The notes under the pieces: model-generated
Database searches by the model: none
Seen by the model: only the letters and a program-made list of their open reading frames with translations
Told to the model about the DNA's origin: nothing
Program-made: the position numbers and the translations under genes
From: Raillietiella orientalis
Taxonomy: Eukaryota
Direction of reading: 5' to 3'
NCBI GenBank assembly: GCA_036172245.1
Contig: JAYWIR010000016.1
Location: 1,922,001-1,986,000, forward strand
Length of the DNA: 64,000 nucleotides
Shown: positions 1-13,780 of the stretch, piece after piece
Layout of the letters: every line of letters begins with the position of its first letter
Numbering within the stretch: position 1 is the stretch's first letter

Positions 1-393
1 GGGCCGCCCTCGCACGCGAGCTCCGCCGGAGGCCTGAGCGGACGGATGGACTTAACGTTGCGGTGTTGAGCGGTAGTCGGTCCTCTTCGGTCAGCGGCGG
101 CAGTCCCTCGGGCCGCTGCGCGTACGTCCCTCGCGGGCGCAGGGGGGCGCTCTCCCGGCCGTCTCGCCCGGCGCTGTTGCATCCTACCTGGAGGCGGTCA
201 GACGGGGTGGCGGCGATGCGCGATGCGTTGGTGTGGTCGTGCGCGCTTGCGCGCTGCCGCGGCGCACGTGTGCGGCGTGGCTGCGCCGTGACGTGGGTTT
301 GGCGCACCTGGGGTCGCGGGGAGCTCGCAAAGACGGGTTTCCTCGCGAAAGCCTGTCTGAGCGATGGGGGGCTTCGCCGATGGGCAGGGAGGG
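1..393. repeat. Inverted repeat, left arm (runs to the window edge); reverse complement of 14449-14841
   Basis: gggccgccct... at 1 is the reverse complement of ...agggcggccc at 14832-14841. The match extends to gggcagggaggg (382-393 / 14449-14460). ORFs 63..452(+) and 14300..14860(-) share an identical peptide stretch. Confidence 0.95.
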
Positions 394-1039
394 GAGGAGA
401 TTTTTCGTCTTCTCTGGATTGTGGGAGGTGTTCTCTGATTGCGCGTATGTGATGTACGCATCCAAGCACCATCGATTTCTCACCATCAATGGTTTTTTGA
501 TCAGACTAAGCTGTTTTGAGGTTTTCCTGCATCCGTGATGGTTCCTTGTAGGCGAGAAAGCTGGTGATATGTGTCTTTGTGCGTGCTTCGCTGCAGGTGC
601 CGGCTTCCTGTGATTTTTGACCCTCAGTCTGAGGCGTCGCTCGCACCTCTTGAGGACAGGGCTCGACTTTGGCCGAATGTACTAGTGATGCATGGCCGGA
701 GGGGTACAGCCCCTCGTAGTAGTGGGGGAAAAGCCACTGTGCTACTGTGAGGAGTGGTCGTGCTCACATGCGAGAAGTTTCTTTATGGCGGTGGTCGTGC
801 CGCCTGAAGCGGTTCTTTCTTCTCCGCCTTCTGCGTGCGGGGCGCTCGGCTCCCCGATCGCCTGTGAGTGTTTTCGCTTCGGAGGGAGGTCCGGAAGCCA
901 GTGTTAGGGTTCGTCACAGGGAGAGGGACGTCTTGCAGTTGTTGCCGCCGCCTCTGGCCGAGGAGGCAGCTATGGAAGGATCGCCGTCGCGCAGGGGCGG
1001 CGCTTAGGAGGGTTCTCTGCGTCCCAAGCGTCTTCTCAC

Positions 1040-4000
1040 CTGACAGGAGTCCCTGTTTCCGTTGTTGTCGATTGCGCAGAAGGCGGTGATGGCCAGCCCG
1101 CTTGAATAGTATTTGAGGCAGTTCTGGCGAGACATGGTAGTCACTTGAGCGGTGTAGAGTGTTTTGGAGTAAGCTCCACCTAGTCGAGGGAGGAGATGCC
1201 AATCAGAATGTCGGTTCTGGACCCTGCGTAGTTGGGGGCTGAACGAGGCGGGGTGGCGTTCTGGGAGACGGGAGAGTGCCTCATTCGCCGTGAGGGAGCA
1301 GATGAGGCATTCCCTCATGCTCGGGAAGCGGCGAACGGAGTGCGTGGGTGGAGGGGAGACTTTCGTGCCGCGGGGCTGGCAGCTCGGGAGCGCCTCCGCG
1401 TGACCGAGGCGGCTTCCCTCCATCCCGACGGAAAAGCGCAGCCGGCGAGCGACGGGTGCCGCGCGCACCTCTTTCTCACCGAAACGCAGGCTTCCCCATC
1501 CGCAGACGGAGGCCGGATATCCGTAGAAGGCCCTGGTGTACGACGCGAAGCAGGCGGGTACGATGCCCTTGTAGTAGTTGAAGTCCAAGTGCTGGGTCAT
1601 GCGCAGGATGCCCAGGTCGTAGTCGAAGGGCGCCACGTTTTGGTATTGGGGATGTACGTACGTCGAGCCGACATTGTAGTTCAAGACTTGCCTCTCGGAA
1701 GGCCGGAAGCTGCGCGTGCTGGTGACCAGGCTGTCTATGCGGACGCTCAGCACCCCTGGCTGTGTTTGGTAGCTGGAAGGCAGGCTCTTGCATGGCGCGG
1801 TCGCCTGTGAGAGGAGGAGGAAGGGACGCCTGGACTTCCTCCAGGTGACTTCACTGCCTGACCCCCCAGAATGACCTGTGCACCGCTTGCGAGGACGCCA
1901 CGTGGTCGCTCCCTGCCGGGACGCCTTCGTTGTCGACCTCTGGACCGCAGCCGGATCCCTGGAGCTCGGATCAGAGATCCGGAGACCGGAGCTCGTCATC
2001 TCTGCCTTTCGTCGGCAGGGATGACGACGAAGTGCAGGGATGGGCAGCGCCCAGGACAGACCCGAAGGCTCTGCTGGCCCGCTCCAGCGACCCTTGGGGA
2101 TGGCGGTTCTCCTCCCGGTTCTCAGATTGACACTTCAGAGCGCTCGTACGGTTTCCAGGACTCCTAAGTCATCATGTCGCAGCTGCGTGCCGAGTGTGCA
2201 GACTCCGCGGGTTCGAGAAACCATGGTGACGACGCCTCCTGGACGGCAGCCGCGCGCTCGCGTAGGGGACGCTCCCCCCCCCTCTCCAGGAAAAGGGCCG
2301 CAGCCTCTTTTCCGGGTCCCGAACGGTGGAGCGAGATGGACTCGGCCACGAAACGGGCGCGCAGCTTCCACGGAGCTGCCCGTTGGGGGGGGGGGCTGTC
2401 GTATTGCGCCGCCAGGGAGCGTTCATTCCGCAGCGCGCGGCGGCCAGATCACGTGACGAACACCACTATGTGGGCGGCGTCGCCCCCCTCCTGCGAGAGC
2501 AGCGGTTTCGAGGCGGAAAAGCGGCTTCGCTATTGAGGGGCAAAGGGCACCTCGGTCCCCGGGATAGGAGAAGGGGGAAGTCAGGGAGGGAAAGCGGGGG
2601 ACGGATGACGCTGAGGGACACATGCGCGCCGACGAGCAATCGGAGCGTCTCCTGGACCGTTCGCCCTGAGGCGCCTCGGATGCTTGCCCTCCGATCGATG
2701 GAGGGAGGGAGCGAGGAGGTGTCTCCCACTCCCGAAGCCTCTCCACGCCACCGCTGCGTATGCGCTCGAGATTCCCTTCCTCTCCCCCCTCCCCCTTCCT
2801 CGTAGAGCGGGAAAGGGAGCTCTCTCATTCCTGCTTCTCTCTTCCCGTGTGGGGTCACCCCGCCGTGCCAGCGGGGATGATGCAAGCTTTCTGGCTTCTG
2901 CTCCCGACGCCGCAGAGCTTGTACGGAGGGGGCCGCAGTTCGTGCTGCTCCCGCGAGGGGCGCCACCGTCGCCTACGACCGACAGATCCCCGAGGCGGAT
3001 GGGAAACTTTCCTTCGCGGTAGGGGGGTGGGGAGGAGCTGCACTCCCCCTCCCTTTCCGCTCGCTGCACAGGGGCACATCCAGGATAAGGCCTTCTCCCG
3101 CACGCGACCCTATCAGGCCAGTCCTCCTTGGCTGCGCTACCCCTATGCCCCCGAACGGCGTGACTCTGCAGAATCCTCCAGAGGCGCGCTGCTTTTTGCG
3201 CGGAGTCGGCAGCCAGGCAACCTGACCACGCAGCGCTCTCAGATGCAGGCGAGGGAAGCGTCGCAACCCTTAGAGATGCGGCCTCGACCTCTTGGGATCC
3301 TCCATCTCACCTCGGATGATGGCCAACACTCACATGGCGAGGGAAAACGGCGAAATCTCGGGATAGTTTTATACAGATCCCCGAGTGCACCTCTTGTGCG
3401 AACGGTTACTGTGACGACGGCCGTGCATCAGAGCCGTGAGGAATTTGCGACACCTCTCGAGAAAGTGCCACGCCCACGTGCGAGCGCAGGAAAAGGAAGG
3501 TCGGAAGACCGAGGTGCGGACCAGTGGGCCGCTGCTCCGAACTCCCGCGCAATCCGTTTCCCGCGGCTCCTGGACCACAGTTATCCGACCTCGAACGAAT
3601 TGCAGGCGGCGGCAGCTCCGGCAGCTGGGGCTGAGAGATCCTGTCCTATTCGTTGAGACTTCGCGACCACCTCCGCTCCTCAGATGCAGCTTCCCAGGAG
3701 CTCTTCACTGCAGCGCCCATCTCTCCGCGCCAAGGGCTCTCGCCTCCTTTTCCTCTGCCCTGGCTAGAAAGCCATGGACGAGCGGGGGAAGAGGAAGGTC
3801 GAGAGAGACGGACGAGAAGCTGGTGCGGAGCCGCCATCTTCCCGCGGGGAGCGCCGACACTAGTCGTGGCGCTGGACGCCCTCCTTCCATTGCGCAGCAA
3901 CAAGCGAAGGCGCAGAACGGAAGGCGACCACCACTGCCGAGGCCACGCATGCGGGGCGTAGTCCCCGAGGGAGGTTTCCTGGCCTTCCAGAAGTCGCGAC

Positions 4001-5259
4001 TGGAGCAGATGTCCGCGAGGTCGCGAGTGGTGGAGCCAGTCTTATCTTCTGGAGGTCTTGGAGAAGTAGGAGAAGCTCCTGACCCCGAAGGTCATGGGTC
4101 GCGACCATTCGGTTTTTCCCCTGTCGTCTGCTAGGCGGGTCAATCCGGTGCGCTCTTTGTCGCTCGGGGATTTCGTTCCTCCTTGGAGGCGCTAGCTGTT
4201 CCGCTCTGTGCGGATTCCCGAAGGTGCCCTTCTCTGCCTCGTCTCGGGAGGAGGAGGGAGAGAGGAGGGAGGGAAGGTGTGACGCTCCTGTGGGAGCGCG
4301 CGTGCGCTCGCGCCGGCAGCTGGTCGGGAGAGGAGGAGGAGCTGCAGGGAACCCGTGCGCGTTGATGACGATCGGATCGGAGGAACCAACCACTCAGATG
4401 AGGGGAGGAGATGAAAGGGGGAGGGAGGGAAAGGGCGCTTCGCCGTCGCAATCGATCACGGGTAGGAGGGAGTCAGGGGCAAGAAGCCGCAGGGCCGAGC
4501 CATCCCGGTTGCTCTGCAACTCCTGGGGGACTAAGGGAGGCGACTCCCCCCTACCCAAGTCCCTTTTCGCTCCCGGAAGAGGAGCCTCCGAACCGACTCC
4601 CCCCCCCCATTCCCTCCCCAACTCTGCGTCCGAGGGCAGTTGCTAACGAGCATTTTTGTTGTTGCTGTCGCTGTTATCGTGCGCGTGGAGAGTCATCCCT
4701 GCGCGCATTACCACTCCCACCCTTCCACCCCCCTTCTGATCCATCTCTCCCTCTTACCCGTAGATGCAGTGTGCGGCGGTCAAGATGGTCGCACTGTTCA
4801 TCAGAACCCCGCCGCAGAGGAAGACTCCATCCCGGTAGATGGCCACCATCCACGGGAACTCGCCCTTAAGCGCGGGTCTGCCTCCGGTGATCCTGTTATA
4901 CGAGGAGGAGGAGGAAGCATGCGGGAACTGCTTGCCACATTCTTCGACCCGCGGTCGCGGCACCTCGTTGGAGCGGCGCCTCTCGGGGAACGCGCGCGCC
5001 AGCACATACCACAATTGTCGTAGATCCAGTTGGTCCGCTGCGTGTCGTTGAAGTCATTCGCGACCAGCCCCAGGGACTCCCCCGCGGGAGAGTCCACGAG
5101 GAAGGGGCTTGCCGCTAAACCCATCCGGCGGAGGGGTGATGGTGGCCGCGGCGAGGTCACCCCCGCGCGAAGGGGGTTGAGGGCCTCCGACCCGGAAGCG
5201 CCCGGACGAGGGAAGAGGAGGAGGGGAACCAGGAGGAGGCCGAGGACGTGCGCGTCCAT
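1040..5259 (-). CDS. Trypsin-like (S1A) serine protease, 5' exons: ~5259-5010, ~4941-4758, 1772-1480, 1179-1040; no GDSGGP exon on this strand within the window
   Basis: Signal-peptide-like [16 protein letters not shown]; activation site [25 protein letters not shown] (His), DYDLGIL (Asp), CGWG, RDSCQ. Phase-consistent GT-AG junctions: GG|gtaag at 4758, cttccag|C at 1772, G|gtgag at 1480, ctag|GT at 1179, CAG|gtgag at 1040. The acceptor before the ITGG exon is uncertain. Confidence 0.85.
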
Positions 5260-6479
5260 GCCACTCGCCTGCCGCCACGGAGCGAGGAATGGGGGGAGGA
5301 TTCCCGCGAGCGCACGGTCTCCGGAGCGCTGGAAATCCCTCCGCATCTGTTGAGATTTTCTTTCTATGGAGGGGAGAGGTACCGCCCCGGAGGCGGCGGG
5401 AGGTTGTGAGAGGAGGCAGCGTTCGGGAGAACTCAAGAGCAGGGAGGGGGAGGTGAAAGGGAGACGGAAAAGGCAAGGTGAGAGAACCAGGTGGAAGGGA
5501 AAGACGGCAGAGCGAGCGGCGCACGCGCGCGCGCGCGGGCCCGTACGGGATCGATCCCGCCCAGAGGAAGGGTCCAGGGCACTCCGGGGCACATGAAGGG
5601 TAGAAGGTGCTGCCCCGGCACGCCTCGCCCTTGCACGCGCGTGGCAGGTCCCGGTGTTTTCTGTGAGCGCACCAGTCGTCTTCTCCTCCCAGGACGTTCC
5701 GGCGCGGGAAAAGTCCCACGGCTACGTTTGCGCCCGGGCAACCCCTTCTCCTCAGAAACCCGATCGGAACTGCGGGATTTCTGGGATCAGATTCCGTCCC
5801 TCTGTCCACCAGACTCCCATCTGACTGAGACTCTTTCGAGATGACGTGAGCGGGTGGGGGAGGGGAAAGGAAGCTTCTGAGCCCTGCGCGCGTGTAGGGT
5901 GGAAATAGGGGACATCTCCTACGACTGGTCCGTCACGGCCCCGAAGGATGCGGAAAGCTGCGCTTCTCCTCTTAGGGTGCTTCTAAGCGCTGCACGTCCT
6001 GGTTCCTGCGCATCAGCACGGAGAGACCGGGAGTCGAGGCGCGACGAATCTGCAGGCGGGCCACCGATCCGGGGTCGTTCAGGTGCGGTGATGGCTGCGA
6101 CAAGAGCCTCGAGGGACCGTCGCCGCCCACGGCCGTGCCCCCCCGCGCGACACCTCCTCCTCTCGCAAACGCTTCGCGGGCCGTGCCGAAGAGGCAGAGT
6201 GTCCTTTCTGACGGAGAGGACGCGGAAAGAGGTTCCGCCGACCCTCAGAACTCTCAAGCGGTCTCCAAGATGCGGAGAAGAGCAGAGGAAGGGAGAGGGG
6301 GAAGGAGGCCGAGCACGAGTGGCCTGCTTCCTGCTTCTGAAAGGGCCTTCCGGTGGGAGATCGCTCCCCGGTCTTGGAACCTCCAGCTCGCGAGAACGAG
6401 ATCGGCGGAGGTCGTTTCTGGTCGGAGCGGCCCTGAGGGCACGAGGCCAGCAGCTTGATTACCTCGTCGGTTTCCCCAG

Positions 6480-7200
6480 AACTTCCAGCTGCTCCAGCAG
6501 CTTCTCGGAGATCCCAGCCTCCCTCGCCCTCTTCTCCAGATTTCATGTGTTGGGATTTTTCCTTCTCATCCGTGTATTCAGCAAATCCTTCGAAGGTTCC
6601 TGTCGACTCCTTGGGATCGCTTATAGCCTCCGTAGCCAACCGGAAGCAACAGAGGTGCCGTCGGGGGTAAGAATGGTCATGGCAACAGACGTCATCATTT
6701 CTCGGGAGACCCGGGATCGACTGGACCCCACTCGAAGGCTACCCTCAAGAAGGCTCACCTCACGACGCCAGACCTTTAAGGGTCTCACTTACCGCTGTCG
6801 CCGGGATCAGTGCTGGTGGCTGCTTCTCCTGCACGCCGGGACCCGAGCATCCTGCCGTCTTCTGACAAGGGAGAGCCGCCGGCGGGCAGGAAGCGCTCAG
6901 CGGGCGAGTCGCCAGCGGCACTCTCGAGAGTCTGTTGCGGCCTCCCTCACGCTGCCTACGGCAACCGGCCCTTTCCGCCTGGTCCTCTGCAGAGGATCGC
7001 TCGGGGCGCTCCTTCCGCAGAACCGAGTCCACCCAACAAAAGTGGCCCACTGGTGGCGCTCGTGGATCTGTTCAGTGATCGAGCAAGGCAGACTGCTGAC
7101 CCTATCAGAGTTTGAAGATGGGCATAGGTCATCTTTGGACCGATCCGTTCTCTGGCTTCTTCCCCCCTCTCACCGAGGGAGACGTGGAAGTGGATCGGCA
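6480..7200 (+). mobile_element. Highly degenerate LINE (Tx1-like) ORF1/endonuclease remnant
   Basis: SGVRMVM (ORF1 RRM-like), CFSCTPGPEH knuckle remnant at 6821, and IEQGRLLTL (APE-like) in collinear order; frameshifted. Confidence 0.35.
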
Positions 7201-9049
7201 GACACCAGGCTGTGCAGTCCGCCTTCTTCCCGGTCTCCCGCGACCCACGTGCGCATCAGGATCGCTTAAGACCCCCATCCCAGGATCCCCTACGGCTTCT
7301 CCCTGGATGGAAGCACCTTCCCTCTTCAGCAGGCAGTGCCAGAGGCTTGCCGAGCGCGGATATGTCCACGCAGTCGGGCACCATCTGCTGCCAGAGGGAG
7401 AATCACCCGACGGGGTCGCAACGCGTACCAGGAAGCGCGCCCATGGGCATACTCCCAGACACTGCACCAGCCGACCGGGTCCGATCGCCAGGAGGCATGG
7501 AGGACTGGTGACGGTCTGGGTCAGGAGCTTCGCCCGAAAAACTAAGCCGGGAGCTGGTGGCCGCCATCCCAGAATCCCCTACGGCTTTTCCGTGTCCAGG
7601 AACAGGCCATCTTTAGGGCTCTATCGTGGTAGCGTCAATTCTGTGAGAGTCTCTATAGGTGTGCTATCCGCAGTCTCTCGGAGCACCCTTCGCCAACGAG
7701 GTGTTTGGAAAGGACGTGTGGTAATCACGGGAAGAAAGCAGGGGGGAGCAGGATGATCGAGACAAGGCTGAAAACAGCTGCAATAGGGAAAGAAGCTGTT
7801 TGGTGTGGACGCGGGAAAACGGGAAGGGAATATATCGTTGCTGTGACATGAGAGTAGGATCTGCCCCAATTACGGAAGTTTCGGGGTGTTCGGGAACAGT
7901 GTCACCTTTGGGGCATGAGTAGTAGTACGTGGAGGGTGGAACACGAAGGAGGAGGGAAATGCGAAGGAGCGGACGCGCGCAAGAAGCGCGTCGTCGGTTA
8001 ACCTGAAAGTAGAAAGTACTCGCTGTCCGCGTGAACGATGGGATGGACGGCGTGGAAGAACCCGCAGAATCAAGAGGAAGCGGTCCGCTCTTCGCTAGAC
8101 AGGAAGGAGAAGAAAACCAACAGCAGTGCATCGAGCTGCTTCCAAGACCCATCTTCCTGATTCCCCATTTTGCAAACCCACTTTGCCGTAAAGAGCCCTT
8201 GAGGATGGTTACCAGCCGCAAACCTTCCTGATCCTCCGATTAAGAGAGCAGGCGGGAAAGACGGGCGGGTGCTCTGCGGGATTCCGTTCCGGCAGGAACC
8301 CGTCAGTCTTCCTAGTAACGGGATCCCAGATTTCCAACTGCATCCTCCGAATGTGCAACAACACACTGAGTGTGACCTGGTTCCGTCAACTTGGTTGTGA
8401 CGGAACTTTCCCGCTGTTCAGGGAATGCTCGAGGAGGAACCAGCCCGGCTCATCCTTCGAAGAGTCTTCTGCTAGAAGACCCCGTCGGTTCTTCCTGTTT
8501 CCATCCTATTGATGAAGGCAGTGTGCATGCAGGAACGAGGCATGGAGACGCTGCAGAAAGGCGAAAGAATCTGCTCCGCTATCGCATTCTGCTGACGGAA
8601 CGGATCACCTTGGAGGCCGGTCGCTGTCCATGTCCCTCAGAAAGTTCCTGCTGCGAAAGGGACGCTGTCCTCGTGGTCCGGAAGCAGCCCCTTACAAAGA
8701 GAGATGCACCACCTTTCGGAGTTTCGTCTCGGAGGAACGACGCGATCTGTACTATTCGGGATGGAGAGGATTATAGGAGGAACATGTAGATAATCATGAA
8801 GGAATCTTCTGGAACCATTCGACCACAAAGACAGGGAATTCTTCCGGACCTAGGTCACGACCTTCGCTCAGGTGGGTAGACCTACACGTACCATCTGTCA
8901 GCCGCTTCAAGGGCACGATGAGCTCCATCTAGGATCCTGCGGAAAGGGGGAAAACAGAAGGATGGTAGCGAAGCGTCTCTCGACTGGAGCATCTGAGCAG
9001 AAAGGGTAAGAGCTTGGCTTCATGAGCTGAGAAGGACCGATGGCAGCTT

Positions 9050-10760
9050 CGCTCCGCGTCGTTTGTTGCCACTGGAGACGGACGCTCCCTAACGTCGTCA
9101 AAAGGGGAGGAAAACCCATGGAAGGACTCTGTCCGCCGCGTGGCTGGAGATCGCCTCCAGGATCCCCACGCGCCATCGAATCCGCGCACCGACAGTGCCC
9201 CGTTTTGCAAAGGCATGCAACTCCGTATCCAAGGAAACGGAGCAACTTGTGGATCTGTGCCAAGGGCATGTGTTGTTTCTGGCACTTCGGGATAGCGGTT
9301 AGAAGCCCGCACTTCCCTTTTTTCCTTCCCCACGAACACGCAAAGCCTGACTCCCTCGAGCCTACAGCGTACGCAGGACCAACGGACTGACTGCACCTAC
9401 CTGGGGGATCGAGGACTTCCGAACGCCACTCCAGGGTGCAGCCGCAGCTTTCCCGGACTCCCCACTCCCTCTCAGAGCGCTGCGGCCAGGCGGGAGTCGG
9501 CCAGTAAGCGGCTGGCAGCCTCCCAAGTGACCGTCATTCCGAGAGGTCACCTCTTCCTCTGGTCCGGCCGACCGCGAGTTGTCTCTGCATCTTCTTCCAG
9601 GACGAGGGCGGGTCGCAATGGACAGAAGCGCCACCTTCCTCCGGGCGGACGCACCGGCGGGGTCACGCGTGCGGCTATCAACTCCAGAAGGGATCTACGA
9701 GCGGGCCACAGGGTGTCCCTCGACTCCCTCCTTGTTCCGCAGGAGCAAGAGCCTGCGGGGGAGGGAGGCGATTAGCCCCAAGAAAAGCACCTCCGGGGGT
9801 TTGCTTCGCGGCATGCAGGGTCAAAGAGGCTCCTCGTCGTCGGAGCTGCGCCTGAGCAACGCATCCTCGTCATCTCCGGAAATTCCGCGACGCGACGTGC
9901 GTCTCTCCGTCCCTTCCCCATACGCCAACCTTCCTCCTTCCGGGAAGGGATGTCTGAGGTCCCTGCGCTTGGAGCCTTGCACACGCAAGCGGTTCCACCA
10001 CTGCGTTCGAAATCCCCCACTCCCCGTAGGAGATGGGTGAGTCCAGACGAGGTCGCAGCACCCCTTTCTCGGATCAGGAAGTGATGCCATGACCTTCGTC
10101 CCGGTTCCGAATCTGAGAGGGAGCGTATGAGGCAGGTAGCAATGGCAGTTGCGATCCTGGAGAGGGGTGCAGATCAAAGGGAGGTCCGAGAGCCCTCTGA
10201 GCTGGGAGTCGATGAGCAGTGTTCGGGCCCTTTGGCCGACGGAGAATCCAGGCGTGATCCTTCTCTGTGCCATCGCGCTCAGGGCATTCTCTAATGAGGA
10301 GTCCCGCGGGCGTCCCGAACGGACAGCTCTCGGTCAGAGGTCGTGTGAGGTCAGCGTCGAGGTATGACGCACACCAGCGCGAGCTGTGGCGGGGGAGTCC
10401 CCCTTCGGCTGCCTCCGGGAAGCTCGTGGACCGCGAATCGAATGATTGGAACGTGGCAGGGGGTGGTAGGCCACGTCACCTCCAGGTCCGAGGCGTCCAA
10501 GGATTCCAAGTAAAGGGGAGAGGAGGCGAATCTCTCCCTTTCGAGGGAGACAGCGGTGCGTGCGCTCCCGGAGGAACTCAGGGTCGGCTGCTGAGCGAGC
10601 CCTTGACCCACCTCTTCTCCCTTCTAGCGTCTTTAGGGAACATATGGGGAACCCTCAGTCCCTCGTCCACAGGGGATGTCGTCCTGGGGATCGGCCACCT
10701 CCTTCCCTCCCTTCCCCTTTCCTTCGAAGTCCCCCTTCTCACCCTCCGAAGTACTTGAAC
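9050..10760 (-). mobile_element. Degenerate Tx1-like ORF2 (RT C-terminal half)
   Basis: Collinear eroded motifs on the minus strand: RRG..QG, ASDLEVTW (cf. SGLxVN), SYLDADL (cf. YLGV), FSVGQRARTLL (cf. LSERAAIW), then a Cys-rich tail. Confidence 0.45.
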
Positions 10761-10779
10761 TCGTTCCGATGCGTTCCTC

Positions 10780-11995
10780 ATGCCTTCCTGCCGGCTGCGT
10801 ATCCCGTATGGAAGGACTTACCTCCTACCTTTTGTGCTGTGGCCGGAAGGTGAGAAGATGCGGACTTTTCCCTGAACGGATGGCCACCTTGGCAAAGGAG
10901 AACGGCTGTTGCTCCGCCAACTAGCACCTGGCCAGAAGGAACAGTTGGCACGTGAGCAGAGACGAAAGAGTCCAGCTCGGAGACGACTTGGCGTCTAGTC
11001 TCGGTGCTCTCTGCGGAATATCCTGGAGAGTCCCAGAGTGAGCGCGTGGGCAGAGCTCACCCCTCTTGCCGTAGCGCTGCCGTCCCTGAGGGAGACGAAC
11101 GGCAGCAGCCTACCGGAGAAGTGGGAAGTCCCCTGAGAGATGCAGGCAGACAAAAGCTGATGAGTGGCTGGACCACGAGACAGCTGGGGGATGCCGTGCC
11201 CTTCCATGTGGGATTGTGCGCTTGGGCGAGAGTTGCTGAGAATCCCTCGTGAAGACCTGAAGCAGCTGACCCGGTGCTTGAGGACAGCAGCTCCCACTCT
11301 CCCTTGAAGGGAGTGGCAGGAGTCAGTACTTTTGCTGTTGCATTGGGGTCTTCCCTGCAACGCCTGCCGACGCCACTGAACCCGGGAGGGGGAGGGGGAG
11401 CCCGGACTGTCGCAGGTGCGGGAAGTGTGAATCCCTCTAGCACCTGCTTGTAGACTGTGTTGCCCTCCGGACCCTATGGGAACGTTTGAGGAAGACCCTG
11501 CGGAACTCGATTAGCAACCCCAGGGAGTTTTACGGCTCCTCTTCGTGCGGGATGTTCTGCAGCCAGCCATAGCCTTTGCTGCATCCGCGGACTGTTGCGG
11601 CCTGGAGCGAAGCCGACAGAGGAAGAAAAGAGAGGGTTGTTGTCCAGTTCGCGGTTCGCTTCCTGCAGATGACGGCCCGAGAACGACCTCACCAGGGACC
11701 TAGACGGCATCCTGAAAAGCATACAGACTCCATCTGTTGGACAGTGGTCCCTTCCCAACCCTCCCAAAGATGTTTATTTTTATTTATTTATTGTTTATAT
11801 TTAATGTTTCTTTCTTTCTTTTTCTTTTTGTTTTCTCCCATCCCTCTCCGCCGTCGAGGTCAGCCCTGCCGGTCTGCGCACCGGAGACCCGGCAGGTCCA
11901 TAGGCAAACAGCGTGTGGTAAAACCCCGTGTCCTACTACAGTCCATGTGGTTATTTCAAATTTTCAGAAACTCCTCGCTTGTCCGCGCGGAAATC
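10780..11995 (+). mobile_element. Tx1-like LINE 3' fragment, subfamily A (ORF2 C-terminus + 3' UTR)
   Basis: DCRRCGKCESL*HLLVDCVALRTLWERL zinc finger; VAAWSE..FAVRFL matches 34138..34629(-); GWTTRQL matches 19445..20062(-); U-rich 3' UTR then hairpin 11866-11897. Confidence 0.75.
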
Positions 11996-13049
11996 GAAGT
12001 CCCCTTGCTGCCCGCGGGAGCTCTTCGCGAGGCTGCCTCGGGAAGAGGAGAGTCAAGAGCTCCGTGAGTCCCCAGTCTCCGGGAACAAGGGTCGCGTTCA
12101 CCCTTGTAGATAGATCCCTGCGGCTTCGGCTTCCCCACCCTTCGGCCGTTAATCCTCCAGATGATATGATGATCAAACACAGTGATCAACATCCGGGAAA
12201 CTCAAGGGCAGGCAGAGACTGTCCCTGCAGCCGGTATTAGGAAAGACAGCCAGAGTTCCCTTTTCCTCCCCCACCTCCCTCTCCTCTCCTCTGATACAAT
12301 CCCGACGGGGGAGCACGGTGAGGAATCTCGGCAGGTCGGTGTGCGGAAGGGAGAGCCGGCCTTGTGTCTCCAGAGACCTTGGCCTCTTAGGGAAGGAAGG
12401 GGACGGTAGGAGAGATCTCGAGAAGGGTTCTGTAGAGCTGCAGTTCCGGCTCCGAAGCTTGGCAACACCTACTTCCGTCCTCCCGCTCGGCAGAGCGAGG
12501 TGAGCCTGTTCAGGAGCGCTCCGTATCATCGGAGAAGGCTCGTGCGTTAACGAGGAACACTTGGCGCCGTCAAGGGAGGATCGCTGAGAGTATCTCCGGG
12601 AGTCATGCCGCGATGCGCAGATGCACAGACGCTGAGATAGGAAGAAGGGGAGACTGGGAATGAAACCTACCGAACTGACTAACTGGGAGCATGGCGTCAA
12701 CAGGCATGGCGGAGAGTCTGCAGCCCTCCGACATGAGAAGGAAACAGCCCCCCTTGGGGTGGGGCATTGAACTCCTCCTCCTGCTTCTTTTGCTTCCCGG
12801 ATCCCGGGAGATGGGACTCTTTTCCCCCCTTTCAGGGAAAATCCCCCCCTCTCCCCCCGCATCTGCCTGCGAGGCCGCGGTTCGGCTTTCCGAACCGCAG
12901 CCTTGCTTTGTATCCCATCTGCTTTGCACAGAGGCGGGGAAAGGCGCACAGACCCCGGGTCACCCTTCAGGCGCCACCTCTTCCTTCCAAGCGCTCGCTC
13001 CTGTACATGGACCGCGCGGGAAGAGGGAAGCGGATGATGGGAAGAACTC

Positions 13050-13780
13050 GGACGAGAGAGGGGAGATAGCGGGACATCTCCGTTGCAGCAGTGGAAGGGA
13101 CACGGGAAAACGTCTTTGGGGAGGGGGAACGCTGCGCGAGTAGCGGGAGGAAAAGGGTCGTCCGGACGCGGCGGACCTTAGAGCGCATGCGACCCCTGCG
13201 GATAGCGTCGTCCGAGCAGTCGCAGTCTCCGTATGTGGACCGAACCTCTCTCCGTGGCATAGGGGGAAGGAAGGAAGGGTTACCCGGCTGTCTCCTTGGA
13301 ATCGTGGGCTGCAACCGACGTCCCGTCGGCCCGAGCAGGCGACTCCTTCCGCGCGACATCCGCCTTCGCGCTGCCCCTGACCTCCATGCCTTCGAGCGAG
13401 CACCCTTCGCCGGAGGGCGTGTCCGCAGCTGCCTTTTGGGAAGGAAAGGAGGAGGGGTCGTCCTCGATCTCTGGTGGGATTCTTCGCTCGCTTGCAAGGC
13501 AACAGCCATACGTAACTCCACTGGGATGCCGGGACGATCCCGTTCCTGTTCCGCTAGGCAGGTGCGTCCCTCGGAATTCTTTTGAAGGAAGGCGCAAGGG
13601 GGCGACCCCCTCGAGAGTGCCCCGGATCCGTGCACCCATCTCACGCGGCGTCCGCAGCCTCACGAGGGACCATCCGCGGTGGGCTATCCACGAATGGTGG
13701 TTCCTTCCCTTGGAAGGAGTGTTCCATCAGCGGATTCTTGCTTCCTTGTCTAAAAACTTCCGGATCGCTTTATTTCGCAA
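13050..13780 (-). mobile_element. Degenerate Tx1-like ORF1 fragment; partial second copy at ~15150-15230
   Basis: GKEPP (cf. GYKPPL), RLLGPTGRRLQP (cf. LEGRKLFP), TATARTTL (cf. LATARVTM); 13321-13380 resembles 15161-15220. Confidence 0.45.

Noticed and set aside
400..800. Possible ORF1 remnant (KPLCYC), likewise at 14208-14448 and 58150-58420
   Set aside because: Suggestive but too degenerate to delimit or to read the knuckle codon.
6821..6865. A third knuckle remnant CFSCTPGPEHPAVF-TGA with TGA at a Cys position
   Set aside because: Different Cys, in a heavily decayed copy and next to an apparent frameshift; not counted as support for recoding.
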